Shown: positions 23,160 to 35,427 of the stretch, one piece after another
Numbering within the stretch: the stretch's first letter is position 1
How the letters are laid out: every line of letters begins with the position of its first letter
Origin: Plasmodiophora brassicae
Taxonomy: Eukaryota
Direction: 5' to 3'
Assembly (NCBI GenBank): GCA_036867785.1
Contig: CP145412.1
Span: 1,178,001-1,242,000, forward strand
DNA: 64,000 nt
Notes under the pieces: generated by a model
What the model was told of the DNA's origin: nothing
Database searches by the model: none
The model's input: the letters and a program-made list of their open reading frames with translations, nothing else
Position numbers and translations under genes: made by a program

Positions 23160-25471
23160 ATGGACCGCCTGGCGGATCTCGTCGACGCCGACGTCGAGCG
23201 CGTTTTCGGCGCACATGACCGACTGTACTGTGTAGTTGCCGACCCGGCAGCGGCAGAGGTAGGCACGTCCCGGGTGCCGCGTCGGCCACGTCGCCTGACG
23301 GACAGGGGCTGCCGCCGCGTAGTGGGCGCACTGGAACTGCCCGCCGCATTACGATGATGGGCGGGTGGAGTGGGTGCCGATCGGCGACGACCGAGTCGAG
23401 CTGGAGGCGGGCGTCCCGGTTGAGTTCATCGTGTACGATGCGGCGCAGGCGTGCGAGCGCATCATCGAGTTCGCCGGCGGGCGCGCGCTGTCGCGCGTGT
23501 CGGTGCATTCGATGCTGTCCGGCGAGTCGCTGTCCGACCTGTATGATCGGGACTGTCAATGGTTCCGTGATAAGATCGCGCATGAGACAGGCTGTCAAGA
23601 CGTGTCCGTCCGGTGGCTCGGCCCTGCGTTTACACTGTTCGCTAACAGCGCCTTTATTGTATCTGAGCTGGCACGAGACAGTGCGGCGTCGACGTGCAGG
23701 TCTGGAACAGAACATTTGACCTGCCGATTGTCGTTGTGATGCCATCTTTCATGTAGAATTGTCGATGGCCTCCTTGGGATGGTGAACCAGCTGGAGGGCA
23801 CTGCAGCCGTATTCGGCATTGGCAACGAGCGGACGCAAAGCGTTGCGGCAGCGGTTGCATCGCGATGGCGACGGACAGCAGCGCCACCGCCCAAAGGCGC
23901 GATACTTCCTTCAGTATCTATTATCGTGGTTGACCGCCTGTTAGTACCCGAATGTGCCCACTGATTCGCAAACTTATTGATATTGGGTTCGGCAGACTGG
24001 ACCTTGCCTGCTGCGTAGGACACAACGGAACTGTTGTGGACCGGCTGATGCAAACTCTATATCGGGCAAGCGAAACCTCGACGGATGTGACACTGGCTCG
24101 CATTCGCGAAGTTCCTCGATGGTGCTGTGAGGGAGATACGAGCGAGTCCGGATTACGTTTTGTTGGTGGGGTACTGCAACAGTCGCCGGCTGACCTAGTG
24201 GAGGTCTTATTGCATCGTGCTCCGAAATCGGCGCTGAAGACGCTCCGTCAAATGCTCATACGTGCAATCTCAACGGAGAAAGGAAGCGCCCCGCTTGACA
24301 GACAATTGAAAATGGGGAATGTCAAGCCCGGTGATCTGGACGCCATATTAAATGTCCTCCGTGGACCCCCTGGTGCAATGGAACGCAATTGGCCGCTCTT
24401 CTTGCTCGTCAGTGCAGTGGCAGAATCGTTCGCTACAGTCCGAGAATCGTCATGGGATAGGTTGCTATCACTGGGTCTGTTTCCTCGACGGCCGTGTTTG
24501 CTTGGGGCATACCTAACGGTTGGTGATGATCAGAGAAGGTTGTCATTGCGACGGCAAGCGAGAACGTGAATGCTTTATCACTGCTCGTCGAGTTCCTAGA
24601 CTCGTCATATCCTTCTAACGAACTCGATCAGGTCATCTTGGACCCGTGGAATTGGTTGAAACCAGCCAACTTACTGATGCGATCAGGTTTCCCTTGACAA
24701 CATCCTGATTATGGCGCTATTTTGTGTATCGCTAACAGGATCTGTACCTTCGCCTGATGACGTTCTCGCGATCAGGTTTCGTGAGCGGCTCTGTGTCGCC
24801 ATTAGGCGGCAAGCGCCCGCGGAAGGTTCCGTTCTACACTCATTTCTCGATGGGAAGAATCCGGAATGGCGCACGCAAGATGATCAGCTTGATCGTGCAG
24901 TGGCCACGCTTTATCAGCGCCTGATCTTCGTTGCTGAAGCCCGCAACGACTTGTCAATGTACCGTCACCGGATCGTGAATTTGGAAGTCCCCACGTACCA
25001 AGGGTTATATCTCTCGACCGGAACATTTCACAACGAACCCGTTGCTAATTGCCTCGTGCTGGCAGGTTGCTAGACGTCATCATCCATGACTTCCTCGACC
25101 CGCGAGCACCAATGGCTGACTTAACGCCATACCCCACATCTGCGAATCCCGGCGAATCGACAGAGTCGCCCCGGTTCCCAGGAACCGTTGGCGGTTTCAT
25201 ATCAAGCAAGATCGAGTATGTCGAAGGTTTCTTTGCCGTTTTCGCGAGTCTTATTTCTCTGTTGAACAGTAAACTCGGCCGTGTGACCAAGGCCCGTCGA
25301 CCGGATCCGGACGGCACGCTCATCATCTTTGTAATCGGGGGCATTTCCTGCGCGGAAATAACTCGTGCTAGGGAAATCCTTGCTCAGTCACAAGCGAGTG
25401 TCGATGTCCTCGTTGGAGGTACCGACATTGCGACAGGCAAATCTGTTCTGCGAGACCTGCTTATTACGTAA
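23160..25471 (+). CDS. SCFD2: Sec1-family domain protein SCFD2/MIP3-like, multi-exon
   Basis: Spliced VVADPAAAE|WAHWNC resembles the SCFD2 N-terminus; IIVVDR..DL motif; C-terminal LIIFVIGGISCAEI...VLVGGT SM-protein motif. Confidence 0.75.
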
Positions 25472-25594
25472 AAGCCGGAAACAGTCGTTTCAGTGCCCGT
25501 TTGTGCAGTTTACTTGCCCAGCGTGGCGATGTGAACTGTTGCGTTTATTAACCAACAAGCGTGTTCCAGGCAAGGATTGAGGCGGCAACCCACA

Positions 25595-26732
25595 ATGCAG
25601 GATAGACATCCGTTGAGAGCATCGACGGTTCTGGTGCGGACGTCTGTACGAATTGCGTTAGACGGCGACCTCGCACACAGCGCAGACGGCGAGACGAATA
25701 CGATTGGGACCGCGGAGCATCGGTTCAGGTGCGGCGTCTGTTTCGCAAGCGCAAGTCAGCATCGCACACTGAGCTGGCCTGCAAACTCTCCACTGGCCTC
25801 ATTGAGTTGGGAAGGGCTCGACCCGTTTGCGAACAGGGCGGGCTGCCTCGTCGACGACCACGGGAACATCACGATCGCGGAAAATCGATCTGACGCCACA
25901 ACCGAACAAAACGCCGCTCTGACCTCAGCTGACCATACCAAGCCTCTCTGGCGGGTCTACCTGCGATGCCGGTTCACTCGCTGTACGTTACGTTCCCTCA
26001 CATCAAGCCAGAATCGTCCTGACTCACACGTCGGGCGTCGTCGGCGTCACCGAAGGCGGCGCACTCCGTTCTTCGATGCGTTGATCCGGGGCGTTTGCGG
26101 TGCCGCTGCTGAAGCCGGACACGGAACCCCAGCGGACGAGGCAGGTATGTCGCAAGATGTTTCGCCACCGCGATTCCGTCGGCCACCGCTACGGCTAAGG
26201 TACGGCCCCGGCCTGCTGGCCGACCTTTGCCGTGACCCGCGCCAACGTCCCTCATGAGTCCCGCGTTCAGAGACATACCTGAGCGATCCGATGGCAGCCG
26301 TAGCAGTAGTAAGAAGAAGCGCCGCCGGCAGCCCACTGTGTTTCGTGCGAAACGGCTGTCCTTCAAGCTGAAGAGCTCTCCAGCGAAACCGCGTCGTGAC
26401 AGACCTAGACTGGGCAAGGTTGCCTTCTACGTGTTACTGTCGGCATGCTTTCCTGGTAGCGCCCAAGCCTTGCAGATGCGACCGTTTGCCAGTGTCGCGC
26501 TCTGGCTTATTTGTACAGCAGTACTGGTGCTCTTCTCGTACTGTAAACACGTCGTCTGCAAGTATATCATCGTCTTGGACTGATGTGCAGGGTTGATGCA
26601 GATGAGTTGCTCTCCATCTATACCGTGCCGCTGATTAACGCCCTAGCTGGGGCAGAAGCCGTTCTTTCCGAACTTCTCACATCACCTAGCCCTACCGCAC
26701 CTTGGGAGAGGATTGTGAATCAGATTCGATAA
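25595..26732 (+). CDS. Hypothetical multi-exon protein; start uncertain
   Basis: Several short open segments flanked by GT..AG; last exon reads VDADELLSIYTVPLINAL...ERIVNQIR*. Confidence 0.4.
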
Positions 26733-26828
26733 ATATCCTGTGCCTAACAGTGTCTTCGAAACGGGAGTAGACCCATGTATTGATAAGCATGGTGAACCAG
26801 AGGTTTCAATTGAGAAACACAAGTGATA

Positions 26829-27670
26829 TCAGTCATTCTTCTTCGCAGCCACTGGAATCGGCTTGGAAGAAGCCAGCGTGACGGCGATAACGGCCAATGT
26901 GACACCCGCGAGAACGCCCAACGCGAAGATCACTGCCGCAACTTGCGGTCGCTGCTTGACAACCGAAGTCACCTCTTTCCACAGTGTTTCAAGCTCTACA
27001 TAATATGGACGTAAGAAAGTTAGCAGGATACGGAACGGTTTGCTACAGACGAACCTTTCTGGACAGCGCCGACAGCAGACGGGGCCTTCGGCGTCGTCTC
27101 CGCCTTGGCCTCGAGGTATCCACCGCGGGCGAATTTCTCCAGTTCGTCCAGCGTGCGCTTCGACTGGAACTTGTATTGCTTGCCCTTCGAGAATAGCAGG
27201 ACAGTCGGGTATCCGCGAACGTTGAAACGCTGGCACAGATCTGCAACGAAAGTATCAGATTCCGCCTTGGGAGCGCATGTTTGGGTGTCGTACTCGAGTT
27301 GGATGTGCAGTCGACTTTGGCCACATTGACATCGTCCTTCAACTTCGTGGCAAGTTCCTCCCACGTCTGTGCCAGTGACTTGCAGTGCCCGCACCAGGGC
27401 GCATAAAACCTAACAATGGTCAGCGCCAAGCGAGGAATACCCATCGTCAAAATTCGAAGACGTACTCGACGAACCAGTCTCCCGTCGTCGATCCTGTTCC
27501 AAACCATGAATAAGCCTCGATCGAAATCGGCGCACAGCCACGGACGAACCCGTCGCCGCCTGCGTCTCCTTCTCGAACGTGCTCTCCGTCAGCGTGACCA
27601 CATCGGACGTTTTGTCCGCCCCCATCGCAACCGTCGCGATCATCGCCGCCAGCAACGCCATTCCCTTCAT
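26829..27670 (-). CDS. ER transmembrane thioredoxin (TMX/PDI-like), multi-exon
   Basis: Signal peptide, [21 protein letters not shown]-terminal TM and KKxx retrieval motif (KKND*). Confidence 0.9.
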
Positions 27671-27853
27671 CGTGAGCTGCACGTCCGATCGACGTCTGCC
27701 GCGACGCTCCCACCCGGTTATGCCACGTCACGCGGGGGGACCAAACTCCGTAGGGGCGGCCGGCTACCTTCGGCAGCACCGCGTGCCGCACCCGTCACCT
27801 GTTCTGCGCGCCGCCGGCCCGGACCGCGCAGTACGTGATTGGGTAGGTAGGTA

Positions 27854-28526
27854 GTCAGTTATTATGCAACAACAGCGTATTGTAGTGAAACAGTTGCTAA
27901 GGCGTCGAGTCTCACAGGCAGAGCATTGGGGAATCCACGAGCGTCGTCTCGTCGAACGTGGCGAAGAAGTTGGCGTGCCCTTGCACGGAGAACAGGGATG
28001 CGGGCTGTGTGGGATCATGAGATGACGGACGGGGGTTATGTGCAACGTCATTGTGGCTTACTGGGTCGCCGTCGTTGTAGGATCTGGGACGGCCGAGTAA
28101 ACCTCGGATACGTTCCCGCGCCTTGGCGCCGACGGTCGCCGCGAATGCAGGTGATTTCGATTTGGGGCTCACCGGTTTCGGCAACGGCGTCCTGGGCAGT
28201 GGGGTGGAACGCAGCGTCGAGGACACGAATTGCCGGGTGCGGTCTGCTCCGCCGCTATTGCCCTGCATCGTTGAGCGACCGCGTACGCGACGAGATCGTC
28301 AAGATATCCTAGCTGCGGTTCTGCACGATACATACGGTGCGAACGCTGTGACTGCCTTACCGGAGACAGCCGCGGTCGCGTTCGGCGGCACCCCTTCGCT
28401 TTGTGGGCCGAACGCTGGCAAGACAATGTTGTCGAGGGGGGCGTACATGTCAGCCGCGTCGGCCTGGGACGGGGTTGGAATCCACCCACGCCCTAGTCCT
28501 TCATGATGCGGCGTGCTGGTGCTCAT
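27854..28526 (-). CDS. Hypothetical Ser/Pro-rich protein, probably spliced
   Basis: Candidate ATG (MSTSTPHHEG...) plus the open segment 27912-28268; no family recognised. Confidence 0.3.
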
Positions 28527-28673
28527 CCGAGGCGACCTAAGCGCATCACCAGCCAGTGAGACTTTTACTTGAACAGTGTCGGCACCTTCATGGTTCCGAT
28601 GTCCAGGGCGGCAGTTCCGGGCGAGCGAACTCCGTGACGGCCCGGGCGCAGAGGACACACACAGCACCGCGCT

Positions 28674-29524
28674 ATGCAGGACGACCTCGATGCCGACTTC
28701 GACGCTGCTGTCACCATGATCCGGACCGCCAACGTAGACATATCGAATTCGCTCAAGCTTGAATTCTATGCGCTCTATAAGCAGGCGACAGTCGGGCCAT
28801 GCACGGCCGCCAAGCCTGGCCTGCTTGATTTTACGGGCCGGGCGAAATGGACGGCGTGGAACGACAAGAAGGACCTCAGGTATTGCATGCGCGGAACGTG
28901 GCCAGACAGCGTCGACGTTGACGGCAATGTATGTCCTCCCAGTGCTACCGAGGCCAAGTTGCAGTACGTATCGATGGTGAGGCAGATCATGGGCGCTGCT
29001 GTCCAGCATGACGGTCCGAACAATGATGTGGAAGGCGCTACAAACGACGCGTTCGCACCAGCCGTCAGCCGAATGGCAGTCGAACCAGAGTGCGTGACCT
29101 TCTTGCTTTCCCTGTGTGTCACGTTAGCTAATGAATCTACAGGACCGTCATGGATGCCGATCTGGAGATATGGGATTTCGCTAGCGACGGCAAGCTGGAC
29201 AGGGTGGTCGAAACTCTGGTGTCGGGGGCGGTCAGCGTCGACGACCGTGACGAGCATGGGAGAACCGCATTGCACTTCGCTTGCGACCGGGGCCACGAAC
29301 TGATCGTCAGCGCACTGTGCACTCGGTTCGGCGCTAACGTGAACGTGCAAGACCACATGGGGTACACGCCGCTGCACAACGCGGCATCCGCTGGCAGGGC
29401 CGACATTGTCCAGTTCCTTCTCGACCATGGCGCCGACCCGTCCATCTGCGATGCCGACGGCCTCCCTGCCAGCCATGACTCACCTGCCGACATCCAGGAA
29501 CAAATCCGCCTGCACTGCCAGTAA
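28674..29524 (+). CDS. ACBD6: Acyl-CoA-binding domain + ankyrin repeat protein (ACBD6-like), 2 introns
   Basis: ACB motif [16 protein letters not shown]...GRAKWTAW; ankyrin repeats [13 protein letters not shown] and [12 protein letters not shown]. Confidence 0.9.
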
Positions 29525-29698
29525 CCGCATGACGATTCCAACATAATACAGGGCACCAGGTAACTATTGTGACCGCCGAATGGTTCAGGTTCGCGCAGTT
29601 CCGGGTGCAGCGCGCGGTTCCCGATGACCAGGGACTGGTTTAGGGTCCGCGGATATCGCGTGATCGAGTGCAGCGTACCATTGGAGCTACGGGTTGCA

Positions 29699-30967
29699 AT
29701 GGCCGACAAGGACGATGGGAAGCACCTGGCCGATGCGTCCAGCGCGAGCGAACCGCCGTCGTTCAACATGGGCGTGGGCAGCGCCATGACCGCTCTGAAA
29801 CGGGGGATCACCATGACGAAGATGGCCGCAGCCGGCATGGTCGAGGCAACGCCCACCGTTGCCATCGCCCGGCGCCCCGTCGTCAAAGACGACGATGGAC
29901 GCCGCCTGCAGCAGGCCATTGACGAGAAAATCATGGCCCAGAACGAGATCACACGCCTGTCGGGGCTCCTTGCCGAACAGATGGCAGAGCGGGAAGCGGG
30001 GCGCGCCGCGATCCAGAAGGTCCAGGGCATAGAGGACGAGCTGAACCGGCTCAGGGCCGAAACCAGTCGCACGAAGGAGCGCATCGAGTATCGCAAGATC
30101 GAGGCGAACGAGCTGGAGATCCAGGCCACACGCGAGCAGAGCGCCGCGCTCAAAGCCGAACTCGCCAAGCTGAAGGACGACCTGGCGGCGGCTAACAATA
30201 ACGTGTCGGCCCTGACCCTGGCTCGTACTGAACTGGAGACCCAGCTCCAGCTGTCGAGGAAGGCGTGCGCCCAGGCGCAGAGCGCTCAGGCAACGGCGTC
30301 CGACGAGGCCGCCCGAGCCGGCGCTCTGGTCGACGGCCTGAGAGCCAAGCTGGCGGAAGCGGTTGCCACCCGCGACGAGTTCCAGAGGAAGCTGGACATG
30401 TCCAGGGAGGCGGTCAACCTGGAAGTCCAACGCGACAAGGACAAATGGCACGCCAAGTGGTCCGAGAAGGAGAAGCAATTCTTCCTCGAGCTGGACGCTG
30501 CCAATGCAGAGCGGAACGCGCTACGAGCGAAAGCGGAATCGCTGCAGAAGGAACTGGAGAAGACGAGGCGGCGTCAAGCAGGGATCGCAGCGGAGGAACA
30601 GAAGAAGTGGGCGGAGGAGAAGGCCGGCCTGCTGGAGCAACTGGAACGTCGTAGCAAGAGTCTGGAGGACGCCATGGAGGCGTTGCGGACGAAGGACCCG
30701 GCCAAGAGGGCGATGGCGGCGCTGATGATGGAGACGCAGCGACGATTGCCACAGCTGTCGACCGCCGACGTGAAGGTGATCGAGCAGAACCACGCGTTCC
30801 AGTCGATCGCGCAGAACCTCCTGGAGACGGTCAAGGATCGCGACGCGCTCATCGAACAGCTGCGACAGGATCACGCTGCACTTGGCAGGCGCGTCATCGA
30901 GCTGGATGAGGCCCTGCGACGGGCAGGAGCAACAGCACCGACGTCACCGCCCAGTCAATTGCCATGA
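29699..30967 (+). CDS. Long coiled-coil protein, intronless
   Basis: 422 aa heptad-rich (E/K/A/L/R) ORF with strong GC3 bias. Confidence 0.75.
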   Translation: MADKDDGKHLADASSASEPPSFNMGVGSAMTALKRGITMTKMAAAGMVEATPTVAIARRPVVKDDDGRRLQQAIDEKIMAQNEITRLSGLLAEQMAEREAGRAAIQKVQGIEDELNRLRAETSRTKERIEYRKIEANELEIQATREQSAALKAELAKLKDDLAAANNNVSALTLARTELETQLQLSRKACAQAQSAQATASDEAARAGALVDGLRAKLAEAVATRDEFQRKLDMSREAVNLEVQRDKDKWHAKWSEKEKQFFLELDAANAERNALRAKAESLQKELEKTRRRQAGIAAEEQKKWAEEKAGLLEQLERRSKSLEDAMEALRTKDPAKRAMAALMMETQRRLPQLSTADVKVIEQNHAFQSIAQNLLETVKDRDALIEQLRQDHAALGRRVIELDEALRRAGATAPTSPPSQLP

Positions 30968-31032
30968 CGGACGATAACGGTACTATACAGAGCGTAGATA
31001 GGTTTAGGAATAATGTGACAAACAGTAGAACG

Positions 31033-32749
31033 TCATCGAGCCAGTTCATCGGCTGCTGCTTGCCAGGACGCGCAGATCTACAGTCTGGAGGTTCAGAGCG
31101 ACCCACCAGCTAGTAGATGACTGTACCTGCTGCGCGTTGACCAACTGAATGCTAACGAACGCTGATGCCACTTCCTTCAGGGTTGCCAGCTTATCGACCT
31201 GGAACTGGGCGTAGTCCCGTTCGAGATCGGCTGTGATCCGGTCGAGTGTCGTTTTCGCATTCGTAGCATCTTTCGTCAGGTGCGCAAGTTCGCCTGAAGC
31301 GGCCCGGTTCAGAAGCGCGTGCATTGGGTACCGTGTGGACTTACTCTCGTACTCAGTCGCCTTAGATTGCAGGCCTTTGGAGCGCGCTGTCTCGAGCTTG
31401 CCCCGCTTTGTTCGCAGGTCCGATTCAACGTGGTGAAGTGCCGACAGAGCGTTCGACCTCGCTGTCGTCAAAGACGTTAAGACAGTACAAACACTAGACG
31501 ATCGAATGACCTGTCATTGCTTCTTGGACCGCCTCGGTTATGTGAACGAGATCGCGTAACGGCTCCTTGAACGCCGTGTATTCCTTCTCAAGCTTGTGCG
31601 AAACGAGTACTGACACCCGATCGCTCGACTCGCCTGGGGATACAAATGCTGTCAGACATTACGTAACCTTGAATCCGGTTCGGAGGCAGACCGATCTTCG
31701 AGAACGCCCTGCTCGATTCGGATTCGTTCTGTTTGGCCTCCAGTTCCGCGAGTAATGTGGAAGCCGACCCCATATCGAACGACGACTGCGACATTTCTGG
31801 AAAGGTTTTAACCACAACGTCGACAGAACGCTGCAATCGTCGAGGAACCTTTCACGCCCGACGCCAGGGCTTGGTATGTGTTGCAGCACTGGCTGACAGA
31901 CTTGTGAAACGCCTGGACGTATTCCTGCCGAGCTTCCCACGTGAGGTCTTCGGCAGACTTGTCCACCGCTTGCGTCAAGTGCAGCGATTCTTGGACCTGG
32001 ATTCGCATCCGTCAGACCCGTCAAGCTGACCGATATTCACACGTACAGAGTGGAGGGTATTCTGAAAAAAGGACATGATCCCTGCTGATGCCGCTGCCAG
32101 CGATGGCTCGTGCGAGCGACCCGCTTTCGCACGTTCGAAGTCCTATCAGCCACATGGTCACATGTGGAGTACGGGCGTGCAGGCGCCGCCTCAGGTACCG
32201 ATTCACTCGACCTCAGAAACATGTCCAGGTCAACGCTGTGCTTCAGCCTGCAATGGGACACAACGCGTTCCATGAACCGGGCCAGTCCCCGTAGGCGCCT
32301 GTCGATAAAGCCCTGCGCCATTGCCCCTGGAACGTTCATTCAGTGCCGACATGCATTCAGCCCCTGCTTGGGTCGCGTGTTCACCAGTCATGGACTTGGC
32401 AGGCAGTGGAGGCACGACGCACCCGGGAAAGTCAGCCGCCAGGCGCCCACGAAGCCAGGCGAAATCCGAGAACCGTCGGCGGACCGTATCGTGACGGATC
32501 GACCCATTCGCAGCGATCCGCTGCATGCACCCCAGCATACCCGGGTTCAGACACGATCGCGCGGCGGTCTGAACAGCGCCCTGCATCTACCTTCGAGTCG
32601 ACCTTGTAGAAGACGGCCGCCGCCATGCCATCGCCTTGCCTGACAGGGTCGTACACGCGCACGTCGACCAGGCCCGTCTCGACCATGGGCGGCGCGGCGG
32701 GCTGGTCACCGTCGCCGCCCAGGTCGACGATCTCCCCGCCGTCCTCCAT
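31033..32749 (-). CDS. Sorting nexin (PX-BAR, SNX1/VPS5-like), multi-exon
   Basis: PX motifs VRRRFSDFAWLR, FPGCVVPPLPAK and FIDRRLRGLARFM; BAR-like C-terminal helices. Confidence 0.88.
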
Positions 32750-33036
32750 CCGCTCGATGTGGTACACAGGTGCCGGTACCCCGCTCTCGTCGAGGCGCTA
32801 TTTCAGACAACACCAGGACGAGGAGTCGACAGCCCCTCCACCTCCGAACGCAACTTCCGATGTTGTGCAACCCTGCCCTCCTGACACGGCTGTCGCCGCG
32901 AACGCATTGTCACCGCAGCGGCATGACAGCCCGGTAGGGCCGACCCCGATCCGGTCAGGCGCGCTGACAAGCGTGTTGTTGGCATCGGAATGGGCAAGCG
33001 GGGTCGGTTCAAAAGCGCGCACGGCGGTGTCCACCC

Positions 33037-33627
33037 GTGTCTGGGGCCACGCCGACAATCGCCCCGCCGACGATGGTCGTGTCCCGGCAGCGTCGATCGC
33101 GGTCGATTGGGTCGTTGTCCGCGCTGGACGAGGTGATCGTGTCGGCGACGAGCGAGCTGGGCGACGCGCGTACGCGGGCGTCACGCCGGAGCGTGATTGT
33201 GCTTGCCGACGCGGTTCTCGTTGTCATGAGCGGCGTGCTTGCCGCCACGGGCCGGCATGGCGCCTGGCCGTGCGCCATCGTCGCCTGCGTCGACCTGCTG
33301 TATACGGCGCAGGCATGGCACGCTGTGCTCGTCGGCGTCGCCATTGCTCCTGCTGTCGCGTTCCTCGTCATCAGTCATTCGACGACAATGACGGTGTATC
33401 TGATCGCAATCGGGGCGACCGCCGCCTGGGGCGCCGCCCAGCATTGCAGATCGATCCCTGGGCAGCCGCTCCAAGGCGACCTTGCGCTGGCCATCGCATG
33501 GGCCTGGATCGCGTTGTATTGCGGCGTGTCGCTGCACGAGTTCGCGTCGATGCACGCGCTGACCCGGACCTGCCTCGTGTCGATGTCGACGAGCGCGGCG
33601 GTTCTCGCCGTCCTACGAGCAGTATAA
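33037..33627 (+). CDS. Hypothetical multi-pass membrane protein; start uncertain
   Basis: ORF with several hydrophobic segments. Confidence 0.45.
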   Translation: MSGATPTIAPPTMVVSRQRRSRSIGSLSALDEVIVSATSELGDARTRASRRSVIVLADAVLVVMSGVLAATGRHGAWPCAIVACVDLLYTAQAWHAVLVGVAIAPAVAFLVISHSTTMTVYLIAIGATAAWGAAQHCRSIPGQPLQGDLALAIAWAWIALYCGVSLHEFASMHALTRTCLVSMSTSAAVLAVLRAV

Positions 33628-33696
33628 CGCCCGCATCCGGGAGTGCCAACACTGTCTCAAACTCCATATGTATTCAGGTTAACGCCTTGCATTTAG

Positions 33697-34617
33697 TTAG
33701 TGCTTGTGAACCTTGCCGAAGCTCGGAGACGGTGATGGGGATTCGCTTGCGAGCGGCATGGCCGCCCCGCCAGACATGCTCGGGTCGATGTAGTCACCGC
33801 CGAGCATGCCGACGAACTCGGCGGAGACGCCCACGAACGATTTCGCTTTGGCGCGAAGGCGACCGCAGGCGGCACACTTGCAGATGCCGGCGCAGGACGG
33901 GCAGATCCACCCCTTGTTCTTCGCGTTCTCTATCGAATCGCCGTAGCACTTCGTCAGGCACCCGTCGCAGTACTTCTTGCGGCAGGTCCGCTTGTCCTGG
34001 CGCGACCGACGGCTAAACTGGTTCGAGCAGAACGCCAGCTGCTCGAAGCTACGCGCGTTCTTGCACTGGTGACATGATGTGCCGCGATACGATCGTTCCT
34101 TGTGCTGGCGGCGGACATCATCTTCGGCGAGCTCGTCGAGCGGATCGGTCACCTCCTGCTGTGCCGTTGCGGCGCCTTGCGACTGGAACGCGACCGACGA
34201 TCCACCAGACATCGTGCCACCCATTGCCTGCAGCCTGCTATCCAGCGTCGGCCTGCCAGCGACCGTCACCGGGAAGATGTACCTTGCTGGTGCAGGAATC
34301 GGGTCGAACAGACGCTTCTGCATGTCGCATATGAATGTCATGAACGGAGTCGCGGCGAACGGGTTCAGGATCGCCGTCGTCGGATTCGGATAGACGCGAT
34401 CGCCCGCATCGGTTACGACGCCTTCCTCCACGCTGTCCTGGTTCAGTCGGTCGACGTCGACCTGGACCTCGACGAGCGCGCCGGTCGTGTCGACGTACTT
34501 GAGGACGACAACCTTGATGCCGCCCTTCTGCAGCACGTCGAGGATCTCGTCCCACAGGCGCTCCATAGTGTGATGGTCGGGGGACGACGTGGCGGCGACG
34601 CCGTCAGCCGCCTCCAT
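33697..34617 (-). CDS. Glutamine synthetase N-terminal (beta-grasp)-like domain fused to zf-4CXXC_R1 zinc finger, intronless
   Basis: 34321-34551 encodes EILDVLQKGGIKVVVLKYVDTTG...EEGVVTD...PNPTTAILNPF...FICDM. 33860-34083 encodes CHQC...C...C..KYCDGCL..YG...WICPSCAGICKCAAC. Confidence 0.8.
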   Translation of the reverse strand: MEAADGVAATSSPDHHTMERLWDEILDVLQKGGIKVVVLKYVDTTGALVEVQVDVDRLNQDSVEEGVVTDAGDRVYPNPTTAILNPFAATPFMTFICDMQKRLFDPIPAPARYIFPVTVAGRPTLDSRLQAMGGTMSGGSSVAFQSQGAATAQQEVTDPLDELAEDDVRRQHKERSYRGTSCHQCKNARSFEQLAFCSNQFSRRSRQDKRTCRKKYCDGCLTKCYGDSIENAKNKGWICPSCAGICKCAACGRLRAKAKSFVGVSAEFVGMLGGDYIDPSMSGGAAMPLASESPSPSPSFGKVHKH

Positions 34618-35427
34618 TGAAGAACTACACACGACGTGACGCAACTTACGGACTTTCCGCGGACTTTTGTGTTATGGCTCTGAAGCAGCCGACCAGCCGT
34701 CCACCCACACTCCCTGCCCACGACCGGCCACCGACGCCCAAATGACCACTCCGCTGGAACGCTACCGCAGACAGGTCGGCGCCTCGGCTGACGCTTGTCG
34801 ACTCTAACACGTGTGACGAAGTCCCAGCAGTGGTGATCCGATAGGTTCCTGGCTGTGTGAACAGAATAATCAGGGTACTGGCGTTACCTGGCGCGCGTAC
34901 CTGTATATCGCGTGTTAGTCGTGGAGGTGTGTCACCTCGAGACACTGAACTTACTATTCGTGGCTCTTCGAGGCTGATGCATAGAGTGTCTCCTAAGGCG
35001 TACTGTCTTCTTGTCAGCTGGCAGGCGCCCTTGACCTCCCGCCAAGAGGTCGCTCGAAATCGGTTGTGGGCTGTGCGGCAGGATATTGACTGAACGTCGG
35101 CACATATTGGGGACTCCATGAGCGACGACCAAGCATGACAATATTGGCGATGGCGTTTCGCCAACACTTCATTGCGCTTGCTGATAGGAGGTGAGAACCG
35201 GCATTTGATTTGAGATTCATGTCTGCATGTCAAAGGCGACAAAAGTCAAAGCGCTTTAGTGAGTCAGGTGTCGCACTGCCTTCGACGTTGTAGACTGGAC
35301 CGCCTTAGCTGGTCAGTCCGGTCTACAACTTGCATGAGTCACGATGTGGTATGGTGAGGTTCCGGCCCACAGGAATGCCGGTGTTGCTGGCTACTCCCCA
35401 AAAGAGACATCCTAGCCGACGACGAGA

